A stretch of DNA of 64,000 nucleotides from Camelus ferus (lineage: Eukaryota). Location: assembly GCF_009834535.1 (NCBI RefSeq), contig NC_045697.1, positions 1,490,001 through 1,554,000 of the forward strand. The letters are read 5' to 3'. Numbering within the stretch: the first letter of the stretch is position 1; each line of letters starts with the position of its first letter. Both the position numbers and the translations under genes were made by a program. The notes under the pieces are model-generated. The model was not told the DNA's origin. It saw nothing but the letters and a program-made list of their open reading frames with translations, and did no database searches. Shown here piece by piece: positions 12,880 through 26,500 of this stretch.

Positions 12880-15800
12880 AACTGGTACTATAATCAGCGT
12901 AGTTGGATTTGATTTCTCCTCCTCCCTTAAACACCCAAGGGAAGGACAGAACACCCCAGGTTTCCAACGTTGGATAACAGTCGGCACAGGGCAGTGATCC
13001 CTGAGGGAAAATAAACGAGGCGAGCCCTAGGACTGGCCAGACTTTCTGCCTGGAGAGAGTCTGCAGGTCATGGCTTGTCGGAGAAGGAGGAGCGGCCCGA
13101 ACAGCCTGGTGGTTTCCTTGAGTTGAGGAGACCAAGCTGAGAGTTGGAGGAGGCCAGTGAATCTGCAGGGCAGGGTGCCACAGAAGAGAGAGCGCTGCAA
13201 AGAGAAAAACAGGGCTCTGGAGAAACACACATTCCCCTCAGGCCTTCCCCTGGGTGCCGATGAGCACGTGCATGTGTAGAAACTCTGAGCCCGAGGGAAG
13301 AACCCTGGGTGTGAGTAGTGGAGCAATCCTTGGAGCTCATACGGGGTCCCAAACAGCTGGTGTTCCCACCAGCCAGTGTGTGCTCAGGATGGTATTGCCT
13401 CGGCAGTGGGCAAGGTTAGAGGTGCTCTGATCCTGCCTCCCAAAGCTTACAAGCAAGCCTTCAGAGAACCAGACTCTGCCCAGATTACCTAACCGTGGCC
13501 CACAACAAAGCTCAGAAATATCTGAAGGAGTAAAATAGGACCTAGCACCTGACTTATCTAGTCACACACGACCAGGCATGCCGCGGAAGAAACAAGAAAG
13601 TGCAGTCCACCCTGAGGAGCAAAATCGGTGTGTAGAAACAGACTCAAAAGTAACACGTGCAGCAGAGTTATTAGGAACACTAACAGTTACGGCTGTGTCC
13701 TGTGTGCTCAGGAGGACAGAGGAGAGCACGAGTGTACTAGGAAGAAGCATAGGCTGTGAGAAAACCCAAATGAGCATCTAGAGTTGCAGACTACAGTCTG
13801 AGGTGAGAAATGTATTATATGAAGATTAGCAACAGATTTGACATTGAAGAAGAAAAGATTAGTGAACTTGAAAAGGTAGCAATAGAAACTGTCGAAGAAC
13901 CATGGAAGAGATGAAGCCTGAACTTTTGAAAAAGAGAACAGAGCATCATGTAGAAAACAAACTTATGGTTATCAGCAGGGAAAGGAGGGTGGAGGGATAA
14001 ATTGGGAGTTTGGGATTTACAGATACAAACTACTATATATAAAATAGATAAACAAGTTCTTACTGTACAGCACAGGAAGCTATATTCCATATCTTGGAAT
14101 AACTTATAATGAAAAGGAATACAAAAAAGAATTTATATATATATATAAAACGGAACTGAATCACTGTGCTGTACACCAGAAATTAACAAAACATTGTAAA
14201 CTAACTGTACTTCAATAATAATAAAGAACAGAGCATCAGTGAGTTGTGAAACGACTTTAAACAGCATACTACATGGTATGTATAATTGGAGTCACTGAAG
14301 GGAAGAGTGAGGATGGGGGAGAAAATGCATATATAAATATGTGTATTTATAAATATATAAATATATATATTTGAAAGAACAATGGATGAAAAATGTTTAA
14401 ATTTGGTGAAAACTATATAGCCAGAAGTTAAAGAAGTTCAGTGAGCCTCAGGCACAAGAAAGATGAAGAGAACTACACCAAGCCACGCCATGGCTATGTT
14501 GCGGGAAACAGTGATTAAAAGAAGACTTAAATACAATTTGGAGAAAAAAGAGACCTTATATATTGAACCATAGGGCTAATAGCAGGCTTCTCGTGGGAGA
14601 CATTGCAAGCCAGAAGATAAAGACAGCTTTAAAGTGGTGACAGGGACAAAACATAACTTAGAATACTAAACCAGCAAGAATACCTTCAGAAATGCAGATT
14701 AGATCAAGACTTTTCAGACATAAAAAGCTGAACAAGTGCTTGACGAGGGGATCGCAAGAAATGTTAAAGGAAGCCCTCAGGCAGAAGAAAAACGACACAA
14801 GGTGGAAATCTGAATCTAGACAAACGAAGGAAGAGCACTCGAAGTTGTGAAGATACAGGTCACTTTTTAAGAATTACTTTAGAATATAATTGTCTGCTGA
14901 GGCAAAAGTGGCAGTGAATTACGAGGTCTTTACGTAGATGTAAAGGGTGTGGCATGCAGAAGGTCCAGGAGAGGGGAAGCGTAAGATTCTTAAGGTTTGT
15001 GATGCAGTCTTACTTGATGGCTCCCTGCAACAAGGTGAGATGTACACTGTACACACCGAAGCAACCGCTGCAAAGAGAAGAGAGTTCACAAGCCAACAAA
15101 GGAGGTGACATAGGAATCATAAAAAATTACTCAATTTTTTACCGCTAAAAAAGGAAGAAAAAGGGGACAAAAAACAAATGTATCACTAGAAACTAGAGAC
15201 TAAGATGGTGGGTGTAATAAGCATGCCAGCAGTCGTGTTTAACGTAAATGGTCTAAATGTCCCAATTTAAAGAGGTTGTGAGACTGGGGAAAAGAGCAAG
15301 ACCCAAATATATGCCTTCTGCAGGTAACTCACTTCAAATGCAGAAGTTCAAGTGGGCTAAGAGTCAAGTCAGAGAAAGACATGCACAGCTTACTTGAAGA
15401 GAAAGGGGAAGTGGCTGTATCAGTATCAGACAAATCAGCACCAGCGCAGAGAACCTTACCAGGGTGAAGAAAGTCATGTCCTGCTGATGCCGGGGGCAGT
15501 TCATGAAGAGGGCGTAACAATCCTGAACAGTTTTGCACCTGGTAACAAAGCTTCACAATATGTGGAGGAAGAATTGCTAGAACATCAAGGGAAAATAGAC
15601 AAATCCGTAATTATGATTGGAAATTTTACTGCCTCTCTCAGTAATTGATAGAAAAAGTAAGTGGAAAGTCATTGCATGACACCACCAGCCAGCGGGACCT
15701 TAGAGACATTTACAGAACGCTCTACCCGGTGACATCAGCACACGGGCACGTTCCTGTAAGCAGAGTGAGCATTTACTGCAGTAGCCCTTAACTCTGGGCC

Positions 15801-17060
15801 ATAGCAAAGTACTGATAAATTAGGAGGAATTAATGTTGTACAAAGTACCCTCTCTGACTACAGCGGAACTATATTTTTTAAAAATCAGTAACAGAAAGAT
15901 ATTTAGAAAACTACAAGTATTTGGGAACTAAAACCACACTTTAAACAACCTGTGAGTCAAAGAAATCAAGAGGGAAATTAGAAAGTATTTTGAACTGAAT
16001 GAGAATGAAAATGCAACGCATCAAACTCTGTAAAGTGCAGCCAAAGCAGTGCTAAATAGGGAAATTTACAGCATTAACTACCTCTTCAAGCAAGATCAAG
16101 GGCTCAATTACCTATGCTGCCACCTTAAAGTAGAACATCAGAGAGCCAGTTATGCCTAGAGCAACCCAAAGAAAGGAAATAACATAAAAACAAAAGTCAA
16201 CAAAGCAAAAAATTTTTAAATATGGAAAATCCATGACACCAAATGCTGGTTGTTACAAGAACAATAAAATTGATGAACCAGGCCAAAAATTTGAGTAGAC
16301 ACCACCCTAAGGCTCCGAAAAGATAATTAACATATTATTAGGGAAGCCACACTGAGACAACACTACACACTTACCACAGTGGCTTCAGCTAAAGCAGTGC
16401 AGCCATTGATGGGTTGGCTGGAAGTCCTCAGCACTGCTCTTTGGGAGAAGTTTGGCAATTTCATAAAAGTTAGACGTGCACCTACCAGACAACCCAGTCA
16501 TTCTACTCCTTGGTATTTGTGTAAGCGAAACGAAAGCATGTGTCCACAGCAAGACGTGTACATGAGTACTAATAGCAGCTAAAGCTCTTGTTTGTAACAG
16601 TGGAAAACTGGAAGTAACCTGAATGTTTCCAGACAGGAGAGTGGATGAGCAAGTTGCGGCTTACCCACCCTGGGGAGTACTACTCAGTGATAAAAAAAAA
16701 AAGGAACAAACTCATTGTACACACAGGAATCATCTCCAAATATGACACTCGGTGAAAGAAACCAGACAAGAGAGAGTTGTGTTGTGCGGTGCTGTGGACA
16801 CACAACTCTAGAAGCAGCACAGTAATTTGCAGAGACAGAGCTCAGTCCGGTGTGGCCTGGGAGTGCGTAGGGTTGGGAGAGGAAGTGAGAAGGGGCACAG
16901 AGGGGCGCAAGGACACTTGGGAGCTGGCGTGGCGCTCATCATCCTGATGGTCGCGTGGTGTCCGCAGGGTCTGTCAGTGCCTCAGAACTGTTCCAGGCGC
17001 GTACTTGAGGTCTTTTCCCCTTACTGCTCCTCAGTTATACTTGAGTGCAGCTCTGAAGTG
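12880..17060 (+). mobile_element. Old L1 (ORF1, ORF2 endonuclease, internal deletion, 3' end), sense to FAM193A
   Basis: ORF1-like gaagaaaagattagtgaacttgaa; endonuclease motifs NVNGLN (about 15241) and VTILNSFAPGNKASQYVEEELLEHQGKIDKSVIMIGNF; jumps to ORF2 C-terminus/3'UTR near 16290. Confidence 0.8.
13949..14224 (+). mobile_element. Younger 5'-truncated L1 3'UTR nested in the older L1
   Basis: gggataaattgggagtttgggatttacagatacaaactactatatataaaatagataaacaag; perfect 14-bp TSD agaacagagcatca at 13935-13948 and 14225-14238. Confidence 0.9.
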
Positions 17061-18179
17061 TTCTTAAGAGGACTAGCGGGATTTGTATTTGTACCTCACG
17101 CTTAATTGCAGGAGAGTGACCATGTGGTCACTTGCATTTTAGTCGAGTGTTGTTGAGTGAGCATGTGTGTGCAGCGCCTGTTAACTTGCTGTGTCTGAAA
17201 GAGGTTCGCACAGTAGTCTCACCTCCTAGGGAGGGCTGGCCGCACTCTTGAGCGCACTGGCCTTCCTATAGGACACTGTCCACCCTCTCTGTGGGCCATC
17301 TCGTCCCGCTCTGTGGCTGTGCATAACCTGTATGTATGGTGATCCCACATTCTGTGGCCAGTTGCATCCTACTCCCCAAGTATTTTATTCGCACAAAAGC
17401 TCAAAACAACCCCCCACGCTGTGTCGGTGGGTAACACTCACTTCACTCGTACAACACCCAGAGCAAACCTTTGGTTCTTGCCTCTGCCCCAGCCTGGCCC
17501 GTGTCCAGCGTCTGCTGGTGGCACGTCCACCGCGTGGGCAGCCAGGCCCACCCAGTCACACCCTGGGTCCAGCACGCAGTCCCGTGAGTCTGATGGCTCT
17601 GCTTTCTGCAGCTCACCTGTGCCCAGCACTGCCTGGAAAAGTCTGGAACATCCTCACTTACACTGTGACCCTCCCAGAGTTCATTTTTCACACAACAGTT
17701 GGAAAATCTTCAGCCTCGTTGTCGGCACACAGCATGGGTGACCGGCCCCGCCAGCCTTCCTGCTGCGGCCGCTCCAGCTCCGGCCTCTGTCCTGCCCCGG
17801 GCCGCCTGCGCACCGGCCGTCTTTCCTTTGTTTCTCCTGAGCACTCGGGCCTCGCTGAAGCACATCCTCCTTGCCCCACTGCGCAGCCTTGGCAGCCTCA
17901 CCGCCTCGCGGAGGAGGAGTGCTTCCTGCTGCAGCGGCTCTGTCTGCGCTTGCTGCTCTGCTGCCATCCTTGCCGCTGTCTGATGGCAGGAGGCCTTGTG
18001 GGCAGCGGCTTTCCAGGATTGATGGCAGAGGTCTCCCCGCCGCGGGGTGGCTCCCGCACTCAGCCCGGGCTCTGTGGAGCCGTCCCTGCACCTCCTCTCC
18101 CACCCTGGTGGCTGGTACCATGGCAGAGCTCTGCCTTCACAGCGGCCCTCGCTGCCACCTCACTCTGAGGGCGCAGGGA

Positions 18180-18625
18180 GCGACAGCCTGCTCTCCTTAC
18201 CCCTTCCTTCCCCGCACACACCCCGCACCCTGTCAGCCATGCCTGGCTCCCCGTCCCTTTCCTCCGCCGCCTCCTGCTAGGCTTCCGCCCCAGGGCCCTT
18301 GTGCTTGCTCTCAGGAACGCCCGTATCTGCAGCCCTGCACTTCAGATGTCTCAGGAAGGCCCCTGACCGTCACGGTGAAGAAAGAGCCCCGTCCCCAGCC
18401 GCAGACACCTAAAGTCTTGCTCTGTGTTTTTCCGTGTCTCAGTTACCACTGTTGAGTGTTCTGTGTTTTTTACCTTGTCTTTGTCCTTGACGAGGATATT
18501 AGCTCTCTGAGATCAGGGATCTTTGTTTTGTTCACCACTGTGTCTTCAGTGTCTGGACCTGTACACTGGTGGGCTCCCAGTAAACACTGGATGGATAGAC
18601 AGATGGGCAGACAGATGAATGGATG
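18180..18625 (+). mobile_element. L2 3' end
   Basis: agctctctgagatcagggatctttgttttgttcaccactgtgtcttcagtgtctgg...cagtaaacactggatgga follows the L2 terminus. Confidence 0.7.
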
Positions 18626-20295
18626 CTGACCCAAGGAGCTTTGTAACCTTAGAGCCCTCCCCTCCTGTCCTGGGTCACAAAGGAGGCCTGGAGAGGTCTG
18701 ATGGCTGTGGCTGTTGGTCGGTGATGGACATCTTGAATCTGTTGGGACAGAGAAAGACATCTACTCCGGTGGGCAGGAGGACTCAGTTCTCTTCTGCTGC
18801 GCCCTGTTCAGTCAGCTGCTGAGCTGGGTTTGGTTCTCTTCAGGGGACCCTGTGGATGTGACAGGTGTAAGCAGTTTTGATTACTGGTTTATTAAGAATA
18901 TACATGCCTGTCTTTTGCGTCTTAGTGGTGCTGTCTTCATTCTTTTAATCACTCATTTGTTCATTTATTCATTTGTTCATTCATCCCCCTTGTTAGCCAC
19001 CTGATACCTAGTCATTCCAGGCTTTGCAGACAGAGCCGGGGGCCCACTTGAGAGCATTCTGTCGGCTGTGGCACCAGTCGTGTAAGTGCATCCGTGTAGT
19101 CCAGGGAATAGGCAGAGCCCGGGCCTGCGTGACCATAAGTGCAGGATGAGCCTCAGAGCCCAGGGCTGAGGGCAGAGCTGGGCTGCTGGCTGGGGAGGGC
19201 TGAGGGGGCTCTGGGCGGCGTTCCAGCCAGAAGAGCGTTGGCCTGTGTCCTGGTCCAGCTTCCCACCTGATGTGTACGAGGTGGGGGCGCTCCAGATGGC
19301 GGTGGAGGCGGGTCATGGCAGCTTGATCCCGTATATGCTCTGACTTGAAACCTTGCCAGGGTTGTGCTGCCTCTGGAAGGCTGTGCCTGGCTTCCCTGTC
19401 ACCTGTCGCCCAGGTGTGCCTTTCTTGAACCTCTCTTGAGGATTTGCAGGATGGTTCCTCTGAGGTACAGACGACCCCTCTTGGGCTCCTGCTGATTTGA
19501 ATTTAAATCTTGGCCCCTGCTTGTTGCCCTTGTAACTTTAGGCCTGTTTTAAATGTGGGAGCTGTCGGTGCATTTTTGAAGCTAATCTTCCTTTTCTGGC
19601 AGGGTGGCTGATGAGCTTTGAGAGAGGATGTAGGGTGACGGTCCTGCCTCTTCCTCCTACCTCTGAGGCGCCCACCCCACCCTCACCCTGCAGGTTAGGA
19701 CCCATTTGAAAAAGTGGACCCAAGTCGTAGCTGGAGTTGAATTTAGCTACACGGGAGGCCAGTCTTGGCTCTGTGGCCGCTGTCAGTCTCCTGGATGTTC
19801 ATCTTGACTCTGGGAACTTGGACATCTCACCTCAGAGGTGGTCAGGACCTGCAGGTGCACTTAAGCCAGAATTGCCGACTCAGGCCGTAGTGCTCATTTG
19901 CCGCCGTCTCTAAAATAGTGGCTTTGAACTTTGTTGATGGTAAAAAAAAACAAAAAAAAACCAAAGAAGGTCCTGATGCTTTCTCAGTCTGAGAACTGAG
20001 ACGGACACTTTCCAGCATGTGGGAGGAAGTACTACAGAAGTCTAGGCAAAGGGGTTAATTGGACAGCTTTTTGACTCCTACTTAGATGGTTTTTGCAGCA
20101 TTACTCTTTTATTTGAAGTATGTATTATGAGTTTCTAGAACACCAGGTATGGTTTTATTCAACAAATTCCCCATTTGATGCTTTTCTGTATAAATACACA
20201 TGTGCGTTATAATTTTAGAACTATATGTAATGTTTTTTAATGATTCTGACTTTGTGGATCATGTTTTGAAAATGATTTTTTTTTTTCTGTTCCAG

Positions 20296-20541
20296 ACTCC
20301 TTTTAATTTTGGCATGAATCATAGAACACCACCCTACCCTGCTGGGGACTATTGTCTTCTGTGCAGAAGCGAACGGAAAGACTCTGCCTTCTCGGAGAGT
20401 GGGCTCAAGGCTGCGAGCAAATTGGCCCTTTCCATGGCTCCCAAGGGCAACAGCGTGCTGCACCTGCCGCTGTGGGTGTGCCCGGACTGCCGGCGGACTG
20501 TGGAGAGGGAGGAGCGGCACGGCAGCCTGGACCAGCCAGCG
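20296..20541 (+). CDS. FAM193A: FAM193A exon A (246 nt, phase 0-0): [28 protein letters not shown]...[23 protein letters not shown]
   Basis: Acceptor ttttttctgttccag|ACT, donor GCG|gtgagt, open frame. Confidence 0.92.
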
Positions 20542-23500
20542 GTGAGTGGGTTGCGGGACTCGTCTGGCAGTGAGACAGTTAGCTTGAGTCTGCTTTCTGG
20601 AAGGAACTCCCTCCTGCACCATCTTCTGTTCCCTTGCTCCGCCTGCTGGGGCCTGCCCTCCTTGGTGAGCAAGCTTCGGGGGCCCAAAGGGTAGGTTTTG
20701 GCTTTTTCAGTCTGGTCTCAGGATTTCTTTGTGGATGTAGTTTGTTGAAAAGCTAGGAGGCTTTTCATGTGTTTTGCTGTAGGCAGTTCCGTGTGCTGGT
20801 AACTCACTCGTAATTCTTTCTCAGATGCAGTTCTCACGCCCAGGTCAGCCCTTTTCCCCTTGATTTCTTGCCTCAGCTGAATTAAGCTGTCTTGAGACCA
20901 GCAGGCTTACATGGGAAGACCACACTCTTCATCTGGTCTTTGGCCCAGACTGTGTCTTAGTCAGCCCTACTTGTGAAAGGGCTTTCAAACCTGCTGTTTG
21001 GGTTCTAGAAGGAGTTGACTTTTGCAGCCATTTGAGGCCCCACAGTCTAGGGCTTTTCTGTTCCTTCCATTTCTGCTTGCACGCAGCTGGCTGTTTCCTG
21101 AGCTGTTGTCTTTCTCTGAACACCTGGCCACGCGCGGCCGCTGCCAGCAGCCTCCACCTCCACACTCTCTCCTGACCTGGAGCTGTGGCAGTGTGCTGCT
21201 CCTCGGCATGAGTCTCCTCGCCTTCCTGGGTCTCAGCTGTCTCCTTGCTGCCTGCCGCTAAGCCAGTGGCTTCTGTTTTAGGCTTCCCTTGAAGGCAGCA
21301 CCCCAGCTCACGTGCCAGTTTGTATAGTAGTGCCTTCATTAAAGCTCTAAACCTCAGAACCTCGTTGTTTCTCAGCACAGAAGACGACTTCTCTCGCAGC
21401 GTCTTTCCGTGAGCCTCCCTCTCCTGCTCTGTCCCCTCTGCGGCACTTCTTTTCGCTGCTCTGTGTGTTTTTCTTACCCACTTTGTCTTTTTACTTCGCT
21501 GAAATATACACTCCAGGAGGGCAGCCATTTTTGTGTTTTCTTACCAAGAACAGCGCTTAGCCTGGTATATTTTAGGTACTCCAAATATGTGAACGAATGA
21601 ATGAATGAATGAATGAGTGAACAAAGAAATGGGTGGATTTGGAATCCCCTCATTAGGGACCACGCAGGTAGCATAGTCGATTAAGTCTTCTCACCCTCGG
21701 GTCCTTGTAGCTCTTACCATTTTGTTATTCTACTTTTGTTTCCTTTCTGTGTCCACTTAAAGTATTGAGTCTTTTTTCCATTTTTTAAAATATAGTTCCC
21801 TGTGCTATACGGCAGAACCTTGTTGTTTATCTATTTTGTATATAACAGTATTTGTAAATCCCGAACTCCCAGTGTATCCCTCCCCATCCCATTTCCCCTC
21901 TGGTAACCATAAGATTGTTTTCTGTGTCTGTGAGCCTGTTTCTCTTTTGTTGATAAGTTCATTTGTGTCATTTTTTTAGATTCTGCATGTAAGTGATACC
22001 ATATGATGTTTGTCTTTCTGTGTCTGATTTCACTTAGTATGATCATCTCTAGGTCCATCCATGTTGTTGCAGATGGCATTGTTTCATTCTTTTTTATAGC
22101 TGAGTAATATTCTGGGGTGTGTGTGTGTGTCTGTCTGTCTGTCTGTTCTTTATCCAGTCGTCTGTTGATGGACATTTAGGTTGTTTCCATGTCTTGGCTG
22201 TTGTAAATAGTGCTGCTGTGAACATTGGGGTGCACGTATCTTTCCGAATTAATAGTTTCCTCCAGATATATGCCCAGGAGTGGGATTGCTGGCTTATGGG
22301 GTAAGTCTTTGTTCAGTTTTTTAAAGAATCTCCATACTGTTTTCCATAGTGGCTGCACCTTTTTTCCAGTTATTAGTGGAAGGCTGTTCAGTATCACTGA
22401 CACTAGTTTGTTCCCTGTTCACTTCCCGTCAGCATTCTTAAGTCTCCCCGCTGGCTCACACATACTCTTTGCTTCCTGAACTGTACTGTGTTTTCTTCGT
22501 ATTTCCATCCCTGCTCTTGTGTCTCAGCCTGACTGTGCCTTTGGGAAGAGAGTTGCTATTGTTCATCCTAGTCTTGGAGGCAACTGAAACTGCCTGTAAT
22601 TCCCCATTGTCAGCGCTTGCCACAAGAGGAGTCCCATTTCCTGACTCCCAGTCTGTCCCGTATGATGGATCAACAAATGAGAATTCTCTCCTCATCAAAC
22701 AAGTGATGGGGGTGGGGAATAGCACAGTAGAAGAGTGTGTACTTAGCATCCATGTGGCCCTGGGTTCAATCCCCGGTACCTCCATTAAATAAATAAACCT
22801 AATTACCTCCCCCCTCAAAAACAAAGAAAGAGTGATGTCAGGGACCACAGAGGTGTAGTGCTGCCCTATGTTTGTAGACTTAGACCTTCTGTTACTTTTT
22901 ACAGTCGGCCTCTTTGTTCAAGCTGGTTACAGTTGCTGGCCTTCTTTAAAAAATAAAATGTAACTTACATTTAGTGAAATTCACCCACTTAAAAGTCTAT
23001 GTAGAGGGGAGGGCACAGCTCAGCGGTTGAGTGTGTACGTAGCATGCGCGGGGTCTTGCGTTTAATCCCCAGTACGTCCTCTGTAAACAAGCAAACAAAC
23101 AAACCGGATTACCTCTCCCCCCAAAACAAAAACAACCAACCAATTAATAAGATATGTATATTTTTTAAGTCTATGTAATTCAGTGAGTTTTGACAAGTCT
23201 GTACAGCTGTGTGACCGCCACCACCGCAGTTAAGATACGGAACACCCCCCACCCCCGAGTTCCCTTGTTCCCCTTGGTGGACAGCCCTTCCCTACTTCCC
23301 AGCCCCTCATAACTACTGACAAGATTTTAGTCCCCACGGATTTGCTTTTCCCAGAGTGTTATGCAGACTTCTTTACCTTGGCATAATGCTTTGAGAGCCG
23401 TGCACCTGTAGTGTGTTCCTTTTTGTTGTGGAATGAATTGTAGAGATGTACCACGGTTTGTGTATCCTGCACCATTGATCAGCATTGGTCTTGTTCCAGA

Positions 23501-26500
23501 TTTGGACTGTTCTGCGTCGAGCCATTGTGAGCACTCTTGTTCAAGTGTTTCTGTGGACACTCTTTTTACGTGTTGGTGGAGTGATTTGCTCACGTTTGGT
23601 TAAGGGCTGTGTCTTTGCTCATGAAGCTCCTTTAAGTCTTGTCCTTGACATCTTTCAGGGCCTCGTAAGATGAGTTGAGATGTGTTCCTGCTCCTCCTCT
23701 TTTCTGGAAGAGTTTGTGTTGTATTGGTGTCACTTCTTCCTTAAGTGTTGTTGGCTCTTGGGTTTGTTTCCTCCCGCCATGTGGTGCAGGGCCCGACAGT
23801 GCATGTGGAGACCATGGCGACCATGGGGCTGAGGCCGATGTGTGCACTCAGGAGCAGTGCCTTGTGTGTGCCCGTGAGCTCAGTCCATCTGGTCAGCACT
23901 GGAGCTGGCCTGACTTTGATCTCGGTGGTGCCAGGCACTGCTCCTGGTGCTCGTGTGGGCCGGAGGGGTCTCTCCACACTCTGCCCCCTTTGTGTGGTGG
24001 CGGGCACAGCCTCCCACGTGGCGCTTTCTCCATTCGCTCATCCAGCCTGAATCTTGGGCAGTCCTGTGCCCGGGGTGTGAGGTGCAGCTTTCCTGGTAGT
24101 CCCGCCCGTCCCGAGGCAGCCAGGTTCTGCCTGTACATCTAGGGGTCTTGGTCGTGACCTGTGCTTGTGTGGGTCTGGGCCTTTCTCCTAGGTGAGGGGT
24201 TTAGGCCCCTTTTCTCAGTAGGTCAGGCCTGGGCCCCGGGTGGGGGCACCCACCACCCTAGCAGTGAAGGCTTCTCCTTGCTCCTAGAGGAGGGCCAAGC
24301 TGGGCCGGTCCCACTGGCCACACTCAGCCTTTGCAGACTCCTTACAGGCTGAGTTGTTTTCTCTGGCCTGGTGTCCATCCGTCCGTCTGTCCTTCCTTCC
24401 TCAGCCGGAGGTGAGCCAGCGACGCGTGCCTCGTCCTCAGAGAGCTCACTGCGCTGTCCGGCCCAGCTGGTCACGCGAGCTCTCTGGTCTGCAGGCTGTT
24501 TCTCATCGTCGGGGGGAGAGCTCTGAACCACTGGAAGCAGGTGTGGAACTGGACTGCTCCCTTCTTAACAAGCGCCCTGTTGTCCGGGGTCACGGTAGAC
24601 CTTTCTCTGGACACCACCTCTCGGTTCCATGTTGTCAGTTTCTTCTATCCCTAGACCTTGTCGTGCCCAGGCATGTTTCAGACATTCCACTTGACTGTGT
24701 CTCCAAGGTCACTTGCCTGACTGTCCTCCACTGCCAGGTTGTCGGACCCCTCCCATCCCTTCCCCCCATTTGGTCCCTCTGGCCTCAGCTTTCTCCTGGG
24801 TCAGCCAGGTTCCGCGGCTCAGCTCTGCCCTCTCTCTCGCAAAGCCGCCCGACTTCTCTGATGGGAGCCTGGTTCAGCGGGCACACGCACGTGCACACAC
24901 ACGTGCGCACGCGCAGGGCATTTCTGGAGAAACCGCCGCCCAGCACAGCGCTTCCCCAGGTGGTGGTGCCAGGCCACGGAAGGGCTCGTAGCATCTGCAT
25001 GGCTTGGTTCCTACACCCGAGGTAGAGCGAGCCTCTCCTCCTCCTCTCTTCCCAAGCTCCCCACGCCCCCTCGGCTTGCTCGGCTCAGCGCCTGACCTTC
25101 CCACTTGAGGGAGAAGGTGGAAGCCGGCACCCAAGCCCTCATTGCCACTCCCCCACCCCCACCCACTCCATCCCGAACTTCTGCTGAAACCACTTTGCCC
25201 TGGCCCTGTCTCACTCATCTCAGGGTGTCTATGCAGGCCAGGCACAGAGCAGGCACCTCTGGGGAGTGGTTTTTGAATGAAGGAATGGCCCTGCCTTTGA
25301 GTGTTTCCAGACTTCAGACTGTTTACAGTGCTCATCCCGCACTAGAGTTCACGCTTTGGGGCTGTGTGTGTGTGTGTTCGGGACCTGTGAATTCTCTGAC
25401 AGTTAAAGCACTTTTTGTTTGTATTCTGATAATGGGGGAAGGCATGTTCAGATCATTCGGAGAGCCGTGCTTCCGATGTCTGTGACCTGGTAGGCCTGGC
25501 TGCACTACTTGCCAAGGCTTCTGAGGAAAGAGCAGAGGTTGTCTTAATACTTACATCCTGTGCTGAAATCAAGCAAAGAGCCGTCAAAGGCATGGCCTGC
25601 TCTGTGCAGGAGAAATTCACACAGGCAAGTAGGCGAAATGGTTGAGACGTTTTGCAGAGATGCATGGTGTTCAAGCTTAACTCAAAGAGCCTGCCTGCAC
25701 TTCAGTTGTCAAAACAAGGTCTGTGTTGAGTTTAGCAGTTTGGTTTCAGCTAATCATCCATCTGTATCTTTTAAATAATAATGTTAACTTCAATTTTAAT
25801 GATTTTCATGGGTTTTTATATTTAAGTTATAGACCAACTTGGGTTTTTATAGTTATAAAAGAGCTTAAAAAGCATAAATTACACTGCATTTTACATTTGT
25901 GTATATTTATGTAACAAAAATTGGTTTTAAGTCTTGCATGGTGGGGTGGGGGAGATGGTACTTTGGAGAATTATCTTTTCTTTAAAGCGGTCTTTGTAGC
26001 ACTCAGGCATCCGGCCACAAGGAAGACTGTTGACTATTTTAAAGGCTCTGTTTTGCTTGTGGACATTAGCATTTGTGTCTGTTCTCCTGTCTCTTATTAA
26101 AATGTAAGTCTCGCATTTTACGCTAAGGAGCCAGGTTCTCTAACAGTTACCATGACCAGAGGTCTAATCAAGGCATGTAGTTCCAATTTAAACCGACCGT
26201 TTAAAGAGTTTACTAGTAGTTGTCCTTATCTCCAAATTTGCCCTGTTGGGTCTAGGTTCATAATACGAGCATATAAAATTCCTTTGTGGCGAACTTTCTG
26301 AGAGTGGTTGTGCTGATGTCGCTGCTGCCTCAGATTGTCAGGTTCAGAGGACAGAACTTGAGTCAAACCTCATGGAAGGGTGATCTGAATGGTAGCCTTT
26401 GCCTTTTTTGGCTTAGCGTAATGCCTTTGAGATTGACCCGTGTTGTTGCGTGTATCAGGGAACTATTTCTGAGTGGTGTTCCGCTCTGTGGGTGAACCAT

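Noticed and set aside
17630..17740. Minus strand HPCCVPTTRLKIFQLL...CK*GCS resembles the TGF-beta family C-terminus (PCCVPT...CGCS)
   Set aside because: The spacing between the motifs is too short, two stops intervene and the upstream cystine-knot cysteines are absent; probably chance.
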